Origin: Azolla caroliniana
Lineage: Eukaryota; Plantae; Polypodiophyta
DNA length: 64,000 nt
Direction: 5' to 3'
Assembly (NCBI GenBank): GCA_043228905.1
Contig: JBHGNT010000022.1
Coordinates: 8,618,001 to 8,682,000 of the forward strand
The notes beneath the pieces are model-generated. The model saw nothing but the letters and a program-made list of their open reading frames with translations. It did not search any database and was not told where the DNA came from. The translations under genes were made by a program, and so were the position numbers. How positions within the stretch are numbered: the stretch's first letter is position 1; every line of letters begins with the position of its first letter. Shown here in pieces: positions 26,248-40,606 of this stretch.

Positions 26248-28880
26248 TGTTACGGGCATGACCATATAATAACCCGTGTCGAGAATTTACCATAGTATTC
26301 TATACACGTGGATAAAGTGCGAGGGCTAAACGAGAGTGTAAAGAAGGGGAGGATTACATTTAATCCTCGGGATTGAGACAACCCATTTGGCCAAGTGTGA
26401 ACTTGCCTGGGGGCCTTAGGTCTGGCTATAAATATGAGCCCTAGCTACCCTCATTTGACATAGTAACGACTATGTTGAGAGTCTTCATTGTGGTGGGTCA
26501 ACTCTTGTAGCAAGCGCGCCAACACCAGGTACGACTCGACGCCGCAACGGTGGTATGGGACGCCGATCGAGGCTCAAGCCCTTCTCGATCCCTTCGCTCA
26601 AGGGTGATCAGGTGGATCGGCACCCTTCTTTCTCTCTCTCCTTTCTTATTTATCTACCTTTTATCCTTATCATATGCTTACATTAGTAGCTAAGCTCTAA
26701 CACAATGTGTGCCATCAAATTGAAGAAACGGGCATGATAGGATACCATGCCAAACAAGCCATCCAAACAGCAATAACTCCTCGCCAAACTGACCCCCAGA
26801 TAAACGACAAGGAAGTCATGGCAAACCAAACCAATTCCGGAGCCGCGGAGAGAAGAGCCAAAGAAAGCGGCGAAACCCATTAAATTAAACCTGCAAAGAT
26901 ATAACGGGGAACTAACAGAATTGGCAACGATGACACACCAGGAAACTGTAGAGGAGGAGAACCTAGTAGAAGAAGGGGAACCCCTCTAGAGACGTTCTAA
27001 GAAACGGGATAGGGAGCACCATGGGGAAGGATCGGGTTTGGAGAAGGACAATATACCGATTCCCTGCTCAAGGGTGGTGGAGCCAAGGCCATAGGTACAG
27101 ACAACAGAAAGGCCAGACACGGTGGACAGGGTTCAGTGGGAACTAGAGCAATAACATACTACTCAATCGGGTCTTTAGACACAACAACAGGAGGACACAC
27201 GAAAGTGGACGCCGGATTGGGAGATGGAAAGGGAGCCTACACATAGCTTCAGGGAGGAGCAAGGGCGGATGCTAGAAGTTGTACGGTAGTTCGTTGTACT
27301 CACACACAATGGAACCTATCGACAATGGTTGGATTGGCTAGCATGCAATTTTCTAGTGTGGTTGATTGAATGGACATACAACGGAGACGGGATCCAGAGT
27401 AGGCGGAATGCTTGCTAGCAGCAACCAAAGAGTTAGAAAAGGCCCGAAATCAAATCCGTATATTAGAGGAGGAGTTGGCCAAGGCAAATGAATTAGCGAC
27501 AATTATGTCAAACATGGGCCATAGCACCAGCCTAGAAACAGAGCCGGCAAAACCAGAAGGAACAAAAGAAAAGGATCTGGTGGCTACCACACCACGGTAA
27601 ACAAGTGTGAGTGGGAGAAGGAAATACAAACACTCAAGGTCAAATTGGTCACACAAGCGCCATTACGAGAAAGAGAACGGGACTTGAGGAAGACGGCAGG
27701 GGAGGAAAAACAGAGGACCGAAGACAGTCTCCGGAGACACAAGGAAATAATGATCGGCTGAAGGAGGAGAAAGATAGTCTGCTGCAAGAAAAAGACAAGC
27801 TCCAGCGGATGGCGGAAATGGAGATAGAGAGGCTAATGGAAGAAATCCTGAAACAAAAGGACCAGGATGATCAGTTGCGATCACAAGTCAACCAACGCCT
27901 AAAGTAGAAAACGGAGGACTTCGAAAAGTTGGACCGGGATCATAAGCAATTGGAGATGGACCACAAGAAGTTGGGGTCGGCCTATGACTGGCAGTAGGAG
28001 ACAATGGCAATGGTGTTGGAGGAAGCGGCAAAGGAATGCATGGAGCTCGTGTCGCAGCACTATTAGGAGGTAGAATGAGCGAAGACGGTATTGGATAGAG
28101 TGCAAATGACCTACCAAACCAAGCTGATGGAATATGAAATACAAGCAATGGCAACGACTAACCTCATCAAACAACTAAAGAACGAAAATGAGGCCACGGA
28201 AGACAAAGAAAAATGGGCATCAAGAGAATCTGGATGATCGTCGGAGCGTGGAGGGACCAGACGAAAACAAGGATAGACAATTGTTCCGTGGCGGTATGGA
28301 ATTAATGGTCGAAACAAGTGGCGGAACTCCAACTGCTCCGAGTGGATGTGGAAAACTGGAAGAAGGTCAGCGACAAGTTTTATAAGATGGATGAGGAAAG
28401 TATCATCACCATCTAGGAAGAATTATCAGATGATTTTTTTGCCTTGGCCAAAACTCAAATAGAGGTTGTCTAGAAGCTCATCAACGGACTTGAAGATGAT
28501 CAACTCGACGTGCAACTACAGTTGGAAGGTTATGAGCGGGAGAGACAACGGAAGGAAGCTGAACATTGAGGGGAGAAAATCAATATTGAGTGATGTGATG
28601 AGGAGCAACCGACGGAGCCGAGGACCTCTACACCACAGCAGCCGGGGATACAAGGGCAACAGCCGAATAAGCAGCTGGAAATCGAGCCAGAGCCACAGAG
28701 AATGAAGCAACATCAGCCGGAACAACAACAGCTGACGAAGGACAAACCGCTCAAACCCTTGGACCAGAGCATTCTGGACAAACTCGATGAAAATTGAAAG
28801 AGCTAACCCGTTGGTTGGACATGCAATGCACTATCCCACGAGCGTGTCATGTGTTGGCCTAGGAGTATGTTCCGGAGGAG
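26248..28880 (+). mobile_element. Heavily decayed LTR element with a coiled-coil gag-like region
   Basis: TG...CA segment 26248-26682 with TATAAAT and a degenerate PBS, followed by stop-ridden E/K/Q-rich coiled-coil frames. Confidence 0.45.
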
Positions 28881-29866
28881 TAATATGAACGGGGAGTGTC
28901 GAGGACGAGTCGGAGTATAATTATTAATATGTCTTAGTTAAGTAATTTTATAGAAACGGACGGATCCGGATAGTTGTACCGATTCGGATCCGCACCGATT
29001 GATAACCGGTAGCAGGTAGCAGGTACGACACCGTTTTGTAAGCTCTATCGGATGCCTATAAAAGGGTCCGGATCAATGTTTCAAAAGAGGGAGAGACGGA
29101 AGTAATACAAGATTAGTGCGTTATTCTTAGTGATATTGCTCCTATTGTGTACGTGCCATTCTGTGCTTTAATTATTAATCTTACGCGTGTTATAATTAAT
29201 CGAAGACGTATTGAGTAATTTGGAAGGTATCCAGAATTAGTTAGATCAGAATCGGATAAGCACTGGATAACATCCATATCCTAACCACCCCTTTGGAGAA
29301 GTGTTCCAGATCGGGCGCCCTGTGTTTGTGGCTAAGTCCAACCCAGGATAAACAGATGCCCTTGAAGGATCGAGAGTGATATGATGAAGCAAGGCTAATG
29401 AAGGTGTGAAGGCAAGAGGTGAAGAATGAGGAGCTTCAACCAAAGAAGATCGAGAGTGATTTGAGCCACACAAGGTGGAGGGCCAAAACATCTAAGTATT
29501 TGGGATCTAGTTTTGTAAGCATGATGGGGCTCAAGCTCTAGAGGACTCGAGTGAATGGGGTTCCCTTGCTCTATCCCAATTGGAACACAATCCACCAACA
29601 GAGCTATTCCCAATCCCAAAGGGGACACCACCATGATCTATCCCAACCCTATCCCAACAAGTAGTTTGTCCTAATGTCGGGACGGTTGTAAGCTTTTGGG
29701 TTCTAAGCATAATATATGAGCATTTTTGTCGCATGTTTCCATTTCACATGTTCTTGTGTGACCTATAAAATAGGGGACATAACATAAACTCAGTAAAGCA
29801 AAACTATGGCACATGTACTTGTGTCTTGGGTTCAATTCCCAACTTTCTTATATCCTCTTGTTAGTT

Positions 29867-30270
29867 TCATGGCAAAATTTTATGTTAGTGTCATGTTCCG
29901 TTTTCTTCTTTTTCTTTCTTTCTTTGTTATTAGAAATTAGCTCACCCTAGTGGTAAGTTGTTATGCTACTACTGCGTATGTCATGGCAAAATTTTATGTT
30001 AGTGTCATGTTCCTTTTTCTTTCTTTCCTTCTTTCTTTGTTATTAGAAATTAGGTCACCCTAGTGGTAAGTTGTTATACCACTACTGCCTATGTCATGTT
30101 TTCTTCATATTCTCGAATATATGTTTTATGAGTTTTTTATTGTTTCTTTTTTCTTTTCTTTTTTTCTTTCTTTGTTATTAGAAATTAGCTCACCCTAGTG
30201 GTAAGTTGTTATGCTACTACTGCCTATGTCATGTTTTCTTCATATTCTCGAATATACGTTTTATGCGTTT
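29867..30270. repeat. Imperfect tandem repeat x3 (about 115-140 bp)
   Basis: TTCTTTGTTATTAGAAATTAGCTCACCCTAGTGGTAAGTTGTTATGCTACTACTGC recurs three times. Confidence 0.85.
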
Positions 30271-30379
30271 TTGAACGTTTGATTATAATTTATAATGACA
30301 TATTTTGATTCAATCTCTATAGTTCATACTCATTTTTTTGTAAAGTTCTAAAGTGAGGATGATAGAGATGTCTTGATTC

Positions 30380-30490
30380 TTAAGAAGCATCCCAAAAGTA
30401 TGCATGTGATACAATGCAAATATTGCAATTTGCAACCATACTTATGTTGGTGGTTCACAATGTATTAGAGTCCACTTATTGGGATTGAGA
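30380..30490 (+). pseudogene. BED zinc-finger remnant of a hAT-like transposase
   Basis: QCKYC...YVGGSQCIRVHLLG across a frameshift. Confidence 0.4.
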
Positions 30491-31671
30491 GTGAATAAAT
30501 ATATAATATAGACCATAGTCAATCCAATCCAACTTGTCAATCCAATCCAACGTTGAAATGATTTACATACACGTTTGATTGAATCATTCTCGAATGTGAA
30601 TGCACGTATGATATGTATGGTTCATTCTATGACTATGGGTATAGGGAGAGTTTTAAATGATCACCTATGGACTTTGTAGAATTGCATAGAAGCCTAATTA
30701 AGAGAAGCCCATCGCATAGGAACCTAACTAAGAAAAGTCCACAAGAAATGGAAAAGCAAAATTATATGTTTTGGATTGTAATTACATTGTTTAAAATGTG
30801 TGACATATTAGCCTTAGTTTATGATGCTCTATAATGATGATTATTATTAAGAATTTAGGATGTTGTGATTCCAAATATTTAACTTACTTTACAATGATTT
30901 ATAATGGTGATTGTTATTGAGGATTTAGTATGCATGAGACTCTTGGAATTCCAAATACTTAACTTGGGAGACTCAATAAAACTAGTTGCCTTGTAGTAAA
31001 TCCTAAATCATTCCCTACTTAGTGATTCATCTTTAATTTACTTAATTATTGTCATATGCCTAATAATCGAAACCTTATCATCATAATCTCTCTCTAATCT
31101 AATATTTTGATATTCGGATAACAAATCTCTTCATAATGCAATTGTTCTATCTTAAACCCTCCCTTAATCCTTGATTTGATCTTCTTAAGCCACTTACCTA
31201 ATCCAAAACTCATTGTTAATCTATTCTATCCCAACCACTCATTTTAATATTAATTAAAAATCCCCATTTATAGATTATTAGCACTAATAAAGTTACATTT
31301 GAACAAGTCATTCTTGCACACAAATTTTTTGAAATGTCCTTTTTGAGGATTGCATAGAAGAGGGGTTATGATAATTAAGCTTTCAAAATTTAGGCATTTT
31401 GTAACAATGAGATTATTAAGGGGATGCTATTGAAAAACATATTATCTAACTGTTTGCGTCATATCGCATTTCAATGAGCATGTTGTTATTAAAAATTTGA
31501 AGCATGGGACAACATGTGACTTTAAATTGAAATATAAATGTCATTGATGAAATGTGGAATTCTTGTAAAAAATATGGTAAAGTACTAGATGATTAATCAT
31601 TCTAAAAGAGTGTGCATAGCTTGCACTATACTTAAAGATACATTTTATACATGTAACTCTCAAAGAGCATT

Positions 31672-34188
31672 TCATTTTATATCGATGTCCTCTGTTTCAC
31701 ACTCACATTGTTTACAAAACTCTGGATTCAAAAACTTAGCCACAAATGTCCAAAGTTTGTATACATCTGCAAAAGTAGTAAATAAACCTACAGTTGACGT
31801 AACCACTCTAAGCTTGGGTGAGGTTTTATTATACATTGATTCACTAATGCTCAATTTCCGTTCAAGATGACCTTCTAACTCTAACCAAGATGCCTCATCA
31901 ATGTGAGTAAGCATTCTAGTTCCAATTGAAATATTATGTGTCTTAGCCAACTTCTGCACTAGCCCTGGTGCTATTAAAGTTTCACATTGATCAAATAAAT
32001 TGAATGCAATAGAAGCACCTCTATCATATTTCAACTTTGGACCATATATTTTTACCAATGGTTTGTAGGACTTACTTGATACAAGATGTTGAAGCTTGAG
32101 CATTGAATTTACAAGCCAATTGATCAAAAACATCATCCTATCATTGATTCTATTCAAACCAAGTGCATCTGCATGGTTAAGTCCTCTACAATATATTTTT
32201 GGTTCCTTCCTATAAACCTCAGATACATCGTCCAATACATGACTTTGCTCTTCCTCGTTGTATGATTCATCTTCATCATATAAAGATGATGAGAAATCTA
32301 ATTCATCATCATAGTTTGATGATGAACCCTCACTCCGATTGTGAGTAAACGATGCATTCCTTTTAAATAGAGGTTGAGAGAAGGCGTCCAACCCTCCCAA
32401 AGTTACATTATTCAACGACCTTCCATAATTACGAATGTCATTCTTGTATTCATGACTACGAGATGCCATAAGTGTGGTCCTCTCATGGATTCTCTTTCGA
32501 GGATTATGAATAGGCATCAAATCTAACTCATGCCTCGAAGACTCCATATCAGTCAATACACTCTCTTTCGAAGATGTCTCACCAAGTTCAAATGTTGATA
32601 AATGTGTGGACTGCAAATTATGATAATCATATAATTGATTATCACTACCCTCAACACTATCTTTGTATAAATTGTGCACCAATTCAGTTGCATTGATATC
32701 CTTTGTTCGATTCCCACTATTTCCGAGAGGTACGTTGCACTCATTGAGGTCTTGGGAAATAAGTTGTCCATCTTGGGATGGGGAGAGATGCATCACCCTT
32801 ATGGTACATTCATCCTCCGAAGGATATTCATTTTCTCGTGTTTGACAGATCCGTCCCGAGAACGTCGCTACTACTTCGGCCGGCCTCATTTGAATTGGAT
32901 GATGAACAAGATTCTCTTTTTCCATAATAGCATCAGACATATCATCATCATTCATAATGTTATTGAGGGGTGCAACAAGCCTTACAATATTATTATCCCA
33001 ATTATTTTTGCCCCTAGATGAAGAAGAACAATTAGTAGATAATATACCTATGGATGAGTTCTTGACAAAGAGGCAACAAAACCCAGTCGGATCTGAGCCA
33101 AACGATTTATAAAAGGACGTGACGATGAAGTCAGGTGTGAAAAGAGAAATCCCAAGGGCATCCATATCCTTGGGGCCAAGAGCCGAGGCATCTAAGAGCA
33201 CGTGCCAACCATTCTCTTGCGCGAATGACATCCATTGGTATGAATACTTGGAACCCGAGGCTTGAGATTGAACCGGGAAAACGAACAACCCTTTCTCTTC
33301 TGATAGTATGGATTCAGTGTGTGGCGAGCAAAGCATGAAGGACGGGAAAGAGAACGTTGCATGGAGTGTCTTGGACACTCCTTTCCTTATTGCAATCTCC
33401 TCTAGGACACCTACAGACGCGCTCTCGTAATCAAACATTGTGAACAGACAAGTGTGCTCGACGTCAAACGGGTACGACTCTCCTATTAACTCGAAACACG
33501 AGGTTTTGCGAGGTGCGAACACCATACTGTATTCGCTCTCGTGGATATTAAGGAACCGGAAGACACGCATCCGTATGTCGGTCTCGACGGTTCCTTCCGC
33601 AGGGTCGGTGTTGAGATTCATTCGGGTCAGGGCGTCACGGAGGTTAGTCGGACATTGGGCTCCGGCGACCGAGTCCCAGTGTGAAAGCAAAAATGAAGAG
33701 GAGGTGGAATCCAGCTCTTGTTGCAGGTGAGTGAAGAGGCCAAACCCACTATAATCCAAGCATACATTATTGCCACTGCTTTTGTTGTTGCAGGATTGGC
33801 CTCCCAGAGCATCATCACTATGAAATTGCCCACTTACTTCTTCTTCTTCTTCTTCTTCATTAGATCTTGTGTTGAATTCCTCTTGTCGGAGCTCGTCGAT
33901 TAGCCGAGTGTGGAGATAGGCTGGATACAGGGTTGTGAAGCTATGGAACTCCTCTTCCTCACATGGGATAGAATGAGGGTTAGTGATGATGTAGGAGGTT
34001 ATTGCATTAGAGTTTCCAATTTCTCCATTGAAGCTCAGTAATGGGTCTATAATATGATCTCTTCTCGTTCTTCTTCTTCTTCTTCTTCTTCTTCTGCTGC
34101 TGCTCCTGCTTCTTCCTCTTAGCTTTGTGCATGAATTGAATTTCAGAATAAATGATCTTATGAACGCTAATGGAGAGAAGAAACCCAT
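31672..34188 (-). CDS. PLP-dependent transferase superfamily protein (plant Moco-sulfurase-like family without MOSC domain), single exon, 838 aa
   Basis: VCLDYSGFGLF, ESYPF, GLFVFPVQS...SGSKYSYQWM, WHVLLDASALGPKDMDALGISLF.PDFIVTSFYK and CRGLNHADALGL...LINWL...LVKIYGPK...RGASIAFNLFD. Confidence 0.93.
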   Translation of the reverse strand: MGFFSPLAFIRSFILKFNSCTKLRGRSRSSSRRRRRRRRRTRRDHIIDPLLSFNGEIGNSNAITSYIITNPHSIPCEEEEFHSFTTLYPAYLHTRLIDELRQEEFNTRSNEEEEEEEVSGQFHSDDALGGQSCNNKSSGNNVCLDYSGFGLFTHLQQELDSTSSSFLLSHWDSVAGAQCPTNLRDALTRMNLNTDPAEGTVETDIRMRVFRFLNIHESEYSMVFAPRKTSCFELIGESYPFDVEHTCLFTMFDYESASVGVLEEIAIRKGVSKTLHATFSFPSFMLCSPHTESILSEEKGLFVFPVQSQASGSKYSYQWMSFAQENGWHVLLDASALGPKDMDALGISLFTPDFIVTSFYKSFGSDPTGFCCLFVKNSSIGILSTNCSSSSRGKNNWDNNIVRLVAPLNNIMNDDDMSDAIMEKENLVHHPIQMRPAEVVATFSGRICQTRENEYPSEDECTIRVMHLSPSQDGQLISQDLNECNVPLGNSGNRTKDINATELVHNLYKDSVEGSDNQLYDYHNLQSTHLSTFELGETSSKESVLTDMESSRHELDLMPIHNPRKRIHERTTLMASRSHEYKNDIRNYGRSLNNVTLGGLDAFSQPLFKRNASFTHNRSEGSSSNYDDELDFSSSLYDEDESYNEEEQSHVLDDVSEVYRKEPKIYCRGLNHADALGLNRINDRMMFLINWLVNSMLKLQHLVSSKSYKPLVKIYGPKLKYDRGASIAFNLFDQCETLIAPGLVQKLAKTHNISIGTRMLTHIDEASWLELEGHLERKLSISESMYNKTSPKLRVVTSTVGLFTTFADVYKLWTFVAKFLNPEFCKQCECETEDIDIK

Positions 34189-34189
34189 C

Positions 34190-34300
34190 TTCTTCTTCTT
34201 CTTCTTCTTCTTCCTTCTTCTTCTTCTTCCTTCTTCTCCTCTTTTGGATAAAGGCTAAAGCTACATTAGTACAAATACATACATACATACATACATACAT

Positions 34301-34333
<33 letters not shown>

Positions 34334-34338
34334 TACAT

Positions 34339-34369
<31 letters not shown>

Positions 34370-34385
34370 TACATACATACACACA
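34190..34385. repeat. (TTC)n and (TACA)n/(CA)n microsatellites immediately 5' of the PLP gene
   Basis: Directly visible. Confidence 0.95.
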
Positions 34386-37300
34386 TAGGAAAGTGCATTC
34401 ATACATACGTACTATGCATACCATACATGTGCTTCATATGTACATCTTTTGTGCACACCTCTCCTCTTTAACCCCTAATACCAAGGTCCTACACAACAAT
34501 ATGTGTGTGGATGATCCACTACTCGTATATTTGAATGGTGCTTGCTTGCTCCATTAGGAGTGCCCTCCACAACCCTCGTGAATTGGGGGGACTACATGAA
34601 TAGTGCACTCTCATTCTATGTTGGCATTGGGAATGAGTTGACACACTCTCTTTCTCCTATCAGCGAATACCAATACAGACATGTCACGACGCATAACCAT
34701 GACTTGTGAAAATGTCCACATACTAAGACAAAAACCGAAGGAATGACATGATGTATATCTTGGGACAAGAACCAAAATATTGAAAGCATTGCTTTGATTC
34801 GTGATGTTATGATGAGTTAAAGCTTTCTCTTAAAAGCCAAACTTACTAGTTATAGATAGGTGGAAACTTATCAACAATGTTCTACAAACCTAAAATGCCT
34901 TAAGTGCCTAAAATAATCATAAATTTCCATACTTGTGTATTCAAACATAAGATGTCGCTATGAGGGGATAGGTTTCATATCATCCATGCATTTGATACCC
35001 TCATTTTCCTTTTCTCAACTATAGTAGTCCCCCAACTCTATAAAATCTACACTCCTAAGCCTAAAGATGTAGTCCACTATTTGGCATATCATAGCTAAGA
35101 AACTTTTTTTTTCCCAAAAACTTATTGTTAAGCCTATTCTTCAAGCTGAAATAATAGTTATCCGTTTGGTTTTGCTGAAAACAACTTGATGTAGTTGAAC
35201 GTTTTAATAAGAGGCATAGAATAGATGTAAATTGTCTTGTTGTGACCCTTTACATTGACTACTTGCACTCTACAAAGTTTGAATGAGTTTTGTGAGGATG
35301 GTTTATCAATTGTCATATCTATCAATCCTTCCATTGAGATGCAAATGAGTTATAGTTGTATGCAATTAGAATGATAAAGTCATTAGTATGCAACAAGTTT
35401 CAAGTGGGCCTTATTAAAATGGTCAAGTTTGTCCTTTTTCCAACGCATTTGTAGCAATGGCATGGTCAGGACCACCCAAATTTCCTCCACAAATCTTATT
35501 TCAAGGTATATTAATTTATCTTATGCTATTTTCTTCTATGTGCCCTCAGAGGTCGACGATTTCTTTTGTCTTTACACGTTATTCATTTGTCAACGGTTTC
35601 TAATGAAAAAACATTTTCATGTCATGTCACTAAGAATCTATCGAAATAAACAAATCATATATGTCTTGTAAACCTCGTAAAGAAATGTTCTCCAATATTA
35701 TTTCAATGCTTTTTTACATGTGTTCTACTTGTTCTCCATGCTAGAAGTTGGATCTTTCTCCTTTTTCTAGTGCACACGCTACCTTTATAACATATACAGT
35801 AATGATACAATGCTTTCCCTTATAAGAACTTGCAAAAAAAAAGACTATGGTCTGGAAGGTCTGACAAATTTGTAGAACTCTTTATCTTGGAACAATGACA
35901 AAAAGGCACATCAACATGGGGCCTTCGTGCTTTGCTCATTTTTGGCTATTGTACAATTTGTGGATGCAAAAACATAAACAATGACAAATGAAAGGAGAAG
36001 ATCATGACACCTTCATTCTCTTTTCACATTGCATATGATATAATTTCTATCCATGATTTTATAAAAGACATCATAGCAAACATTTAAAAATTCTCTAACG
36101 ATTTTGCTTTCGTTTTCAAACTAATACACAAGAATATCATGTTTTCAGTAATTGAGAACGCAATACCATTTCAATTTACAAAGCATAGATACCATTATGC
36201 CCATTCCTTTGTCTAATGAGATCTTGATTACAATGAATGAACTAATTGTGATATTATGTGAATCCCATTTATATGGAGTGAAGAAACATACTCATCAATG
36301 ATGTGATTAATGACTATTCCCATCAAATGATGTGTTTCCCAAACCTTGAATCACTATTAATGTGCAACGATTTTGTCGGAATGTATCCTTGAATATACAT
36401 GTCATTCTAACAAAGAAATCAAATATTTACCTTATCCAATGGTTTGTAAATATTTGGAATTATTTTATCCTCAATATAGGAACATTTAATAATAATGCTT
36501 AAAGAAATGCACTATCGAAGCATTAGCACAATCTCTTTGAAAACGTTTTTACAAAGCTTATTGTTGAGCATAAGAAACATTTATGCCTCTTTAATAGAAT
36601 TATAGATCAACAAGTTATTGTAAATCTTATGCTTCAATATGAGAATTACTTTTGTTTTTTATGTAAATAAGGTGGCTTCTTTCTTTCTATGCTGATTGAA
36701 GGGCCGACTCAAATGGATTGTTTTTTCCACTTTATATCTTATAAAATTATTCATAATGCATAAGTGACATTGCACCAATATATCATGTTATGCATATAAT
36801 AACTTGTTGCTAGTTAACAATTGAACTCCTTGAATTTATGTGTCCCCAACTTTTAGAGTATCGTGAACCAAAACCATCACGTATGAAATGACACCACTAT
36901 TCAAAAGATATCCATGATGTTGAAAATTCTTGGAAATGATAAATTCATGAATGAAAAAATACATTATGACCAATCATGAAATCCGTTTGTGTGAATAATG
37001 ATCTCATGAGTAACATTTGGTGAACAAGAAATAGCAAACGTTTAAGTTTTGATTTGTAAGTTATGTCTCATATCCTTAGATATAATCAAATTAAAGTTTC
37101 ACATATGAGTTGAAATCTTTTGCCTTTTACCACTCTGAACATTCAAAAAGGTCTTCTATGGCACACCACTTAACAAATGTTGGGAGGAAAGGACACACTC
37201 ACTTGAGACTCTCTCATATCTCTCTATGCTTTTACACTCATCTCTACGTAAACCACTAATAATAATAAAAATGTGAAGGTTCTTCCATGTTAAGTGTTCC

Positions 37301-37994
37301 TTTGCTTAAGATATAGAATTGTCGCGCTATGTAAAAAAAGAAAGAAATTTGTGGGGTATAAGGTAGAAAAGGTTGCTCGTGAAAATATGAGATGTTTCGA
37401 CATACTGCTTATGTCATTTTATCAATGTAACATGAAGATTGATAGTCATGCATTTGAAACATTGTTATCGAATATCAAATGGGAAGTATGGGGTTTTTTT
37501 GTCAAAATAAACTCCTTCCATTAGTTAAATTTTTTTACAGATGAAAGTGTTATATACAAATACTTGTAGGGATGCGATAGTTCCATCTGATGTGGATGCC
37601 CACTGACTCAAGATAGGGTGGGGTTTTAAGTATGACACGAATTTGCATGTGGGTAGGGTAATATCTTTATGGAGGTTTTTATTGCCAATAATCCCTCATG
37701 CAATATGTCATTTGGAATCTTTTATTGCTTTTGTCACATCTTCCACTAATTTTTCTACGATTCATCCAAACTTATTTGACTTATATACATATTTTTTTAT
37801 AGGTGATTACAAATAGTTATGCAACAAGTTTCAATGCCCTATCTACTATTGCGAGTTTGGAGCATCAATGGTTGAAGTCATGCCATTATTATCATTCTCT
37901 AGATTTGTCACTTTATAAAATTATGGGGTTAGTTATTGTTCATATTCTCATGCACATTCCAAAACTCTCTCAACTCTTAGTTACATGAATGCAA

Positions 37995-38214
37995 AAACAT
38001 AAGTAACTACAACTAGGTGTAATTGCATGTTTTTTTTTGTCGTTAATGAATGGATTATTCTTGTCCCACACTTTTTAGCAAAGCCTTATGGAGGCTCTTC
38101 AAGCACCAACGATTTATGATTAAACATAAGTAACTACAACTAGGTGTAATTGCATGTTTTTTTTTGTCGTTAATGAATGGATTATTCTTGTCCCACACTT
38201 TTTAGCAAAGCCTT
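37995..38214. repeat. Near-identical 93-bp direct duplication with a short spacer
   Basis: AAACATAA(A)GTAACTACAACTAGG...TTAGCAAAGCCTT occurs at about 37995 and 38122. Confidence 0.9.
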
Positions 38215-39349
38215 GAAACTTACTAATACAATGTAAGATGATGTAGATCGCATTCAATTATTCCATTTCACATATTATTAGCCTACGAATCCATTTAAAT
38301 CATCGATTTCACCCATTTTAAAACATCACCTTCTTTTCATCGAGAAATATTCATTTCTTAACTTTGTTGAATTCAATTTGGAACACTAGCATGGATGACT
38401 GAATGAAATGGACTTCACAACATTATAGAGACATTTTACCATTTATGTAATTGTTAATAGATGTTTTCAATTACTCACTTTTGGTTAAAATTAACAACAT
38501 GCTCATGGCTCGAAAATTAACAACTTGTAGCAAATAAAAAACTAAAATCCCTTTATATGGATTTCACGACATTATAGTCACATTATACCCTTTATGCCAT
38601 TATTAGTTGGACTACAAAGTCGAAGCACATGCTCCAAGTAGACCATACACTCAAAGTATGACATGTATCACTGTGATTCCAAAATGTCAAAAAGGAAAAG
38701 CTCCTTGAAACAAGATGTTTAAGCTCTACCCTAACCCACTTCTTGAAGGTAAAAGAAACTAGAGGTTAGTGATAAAATTCAAACCTTGAACAATCCCAAG
38801 TATAGAGCCTAAACACGTAGTCTACTAGCACCCAAAGGTCAAACATGCAAAACATAGGGCCATCTAGCCCATAAAAATGTCTGTTTCCCTAACACCAAGG
38901 GAACAAGATGAAGTAGTATTGGTACCTCTCCTTGACAATGGTAGTAGTAACTTTACCTTAATTAGCAAACTAGTATCATAATTGATAGGACATGAGATGC
39001 CTAGGGCAACATAAAACCTTTCAGATAGAAAGTTCAAGCATATGAGCTTCTTCCAATTGTAAATGCATGTCACAGCCTTTAAGCTCAAGTTCAACAATAA
39101 TTTTCTAGTTTTATTAGCCACTTCCAAGGATGTAGTAGAGAGCACTAGTCATGGACTATATAGAGAAAAGAAGAAGAGGGAACAACATGATATGGGTATA
39201 AAGTATTATGATTCAAACTAATGATTGTTAAGCCCTTGTCGTATGATACATGACATGCAATTGAAGAAAAAGTGGGGAATACATGATGGGTATAAAGTAT
39301 TATGGATTGAACTAATGATTGTTTAGCCAATTGATGGATATAAACCATG

Positions 39350-40606
39350 CATTATGTACAATAATGAGCAACTTGAATGTGTGGAAAGCTTGAAATATCT
39401 TGATCTTAAGTTCCTTCAAATCGTAGATTACTGCTTTCTACTTAAAGGACGGAAAGATAGCATATTATACATTTGAGAACACATGCAATCATACGTCCTT
39501 TAAAAATACCTTTTTGACACTTTGGTGACACGGATGCTTCTCTATGGGGTGGAAGTATGGCATGGTAGCATCCCTAAATCTACTTAGAAAGGGTTTGAAA
39601 ATGTCCAAAAGCATTTCCTTCCAAAGTTTCTCAAAGTCAAGAAAGAAACGCCATACACCCTCCTACTTATTGAGATGGGATTGCTTCCCATTGAGATCAT
39701 GGGCATGTGACGGGTTGTCGAATACATGCGTAAGGTTCAAAAAGAACTCTCACATCGACTTCCTCGAATCGCATGGGAAGCAAGAAAAAATATGTAAAAG
39801 GTGCACAAAAGCAAAAGTTAGTTTTCAGTTGGAAACAAGATATGGAAAAATGGTTTGGAAGATAAGATGTTACACACTTGCTTCACTAGATTCCTCTATA
39901 AATGAGGCGTTTTGCAATGTTAATGTATCATGACATTGGAAAATTATGGAGGCTCACACTTTACACATTATGCTACATATATTGCACCTAACTACAAAAC
40001 GATATTCTTCGTGGAACGGGGAAACTATAAATATCGATACATGCCAAATCCTGTTGTTTGACATCTGAACCATTGCTTCCATGTGACTAAGCTCACACAC
40101 ATTGCAATGTAAGACAAAGCATTTGGGCACAAGAGATGAGTGTGGTCGACTATGCACATTAGCAGAACAAGTTTGGGAGTCAGAGTATCACATTTTGATA
40201 CAATGATTTGCCTTTGATCACATTTGACTATGTTTCCTACACATTTTTAATAAAATCCAATCCTTGCACAAATTTCTCTCACAATCCCAAATTGCACTCT
40301 CGATTACAACATTCATTGGTAAATTTCTTGAGCATCGAGCGTTGCTACTCACTTTCACGTGAATACATGAAATATAATATTTTAGTCCGATAGTTCATAT
40401 TTGACCTCCAAAGATGATAATAGAATCTGTCTGTCTGTCTGTCTGTCTCTCACGTGTAAGTGTCCAACCTATGTCGAGATAAAGGCGGAATACCAAGACA
40501 TATTAGGACCCTCTCCCACCCTCTCCAAACTATTAGATACCCTGGATATAAAGAGACTAGGTAGGTATATCTTAGAGTCAAAACAACATAAGGAGAATAA
40601 GCTACA
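39350..40606 (+). mobile_element. Decayed RTE-like LINE 3' fragments
   Basis: LFDTLVTRMLLYGVEVW...FENVQKHFL and CPTYVEIKAEYQDIL. Confidence 0.6.

Noticed and set aside
34007-34402. Low-complexity ORFs
   Set aside because: They are translations of microsatellites.
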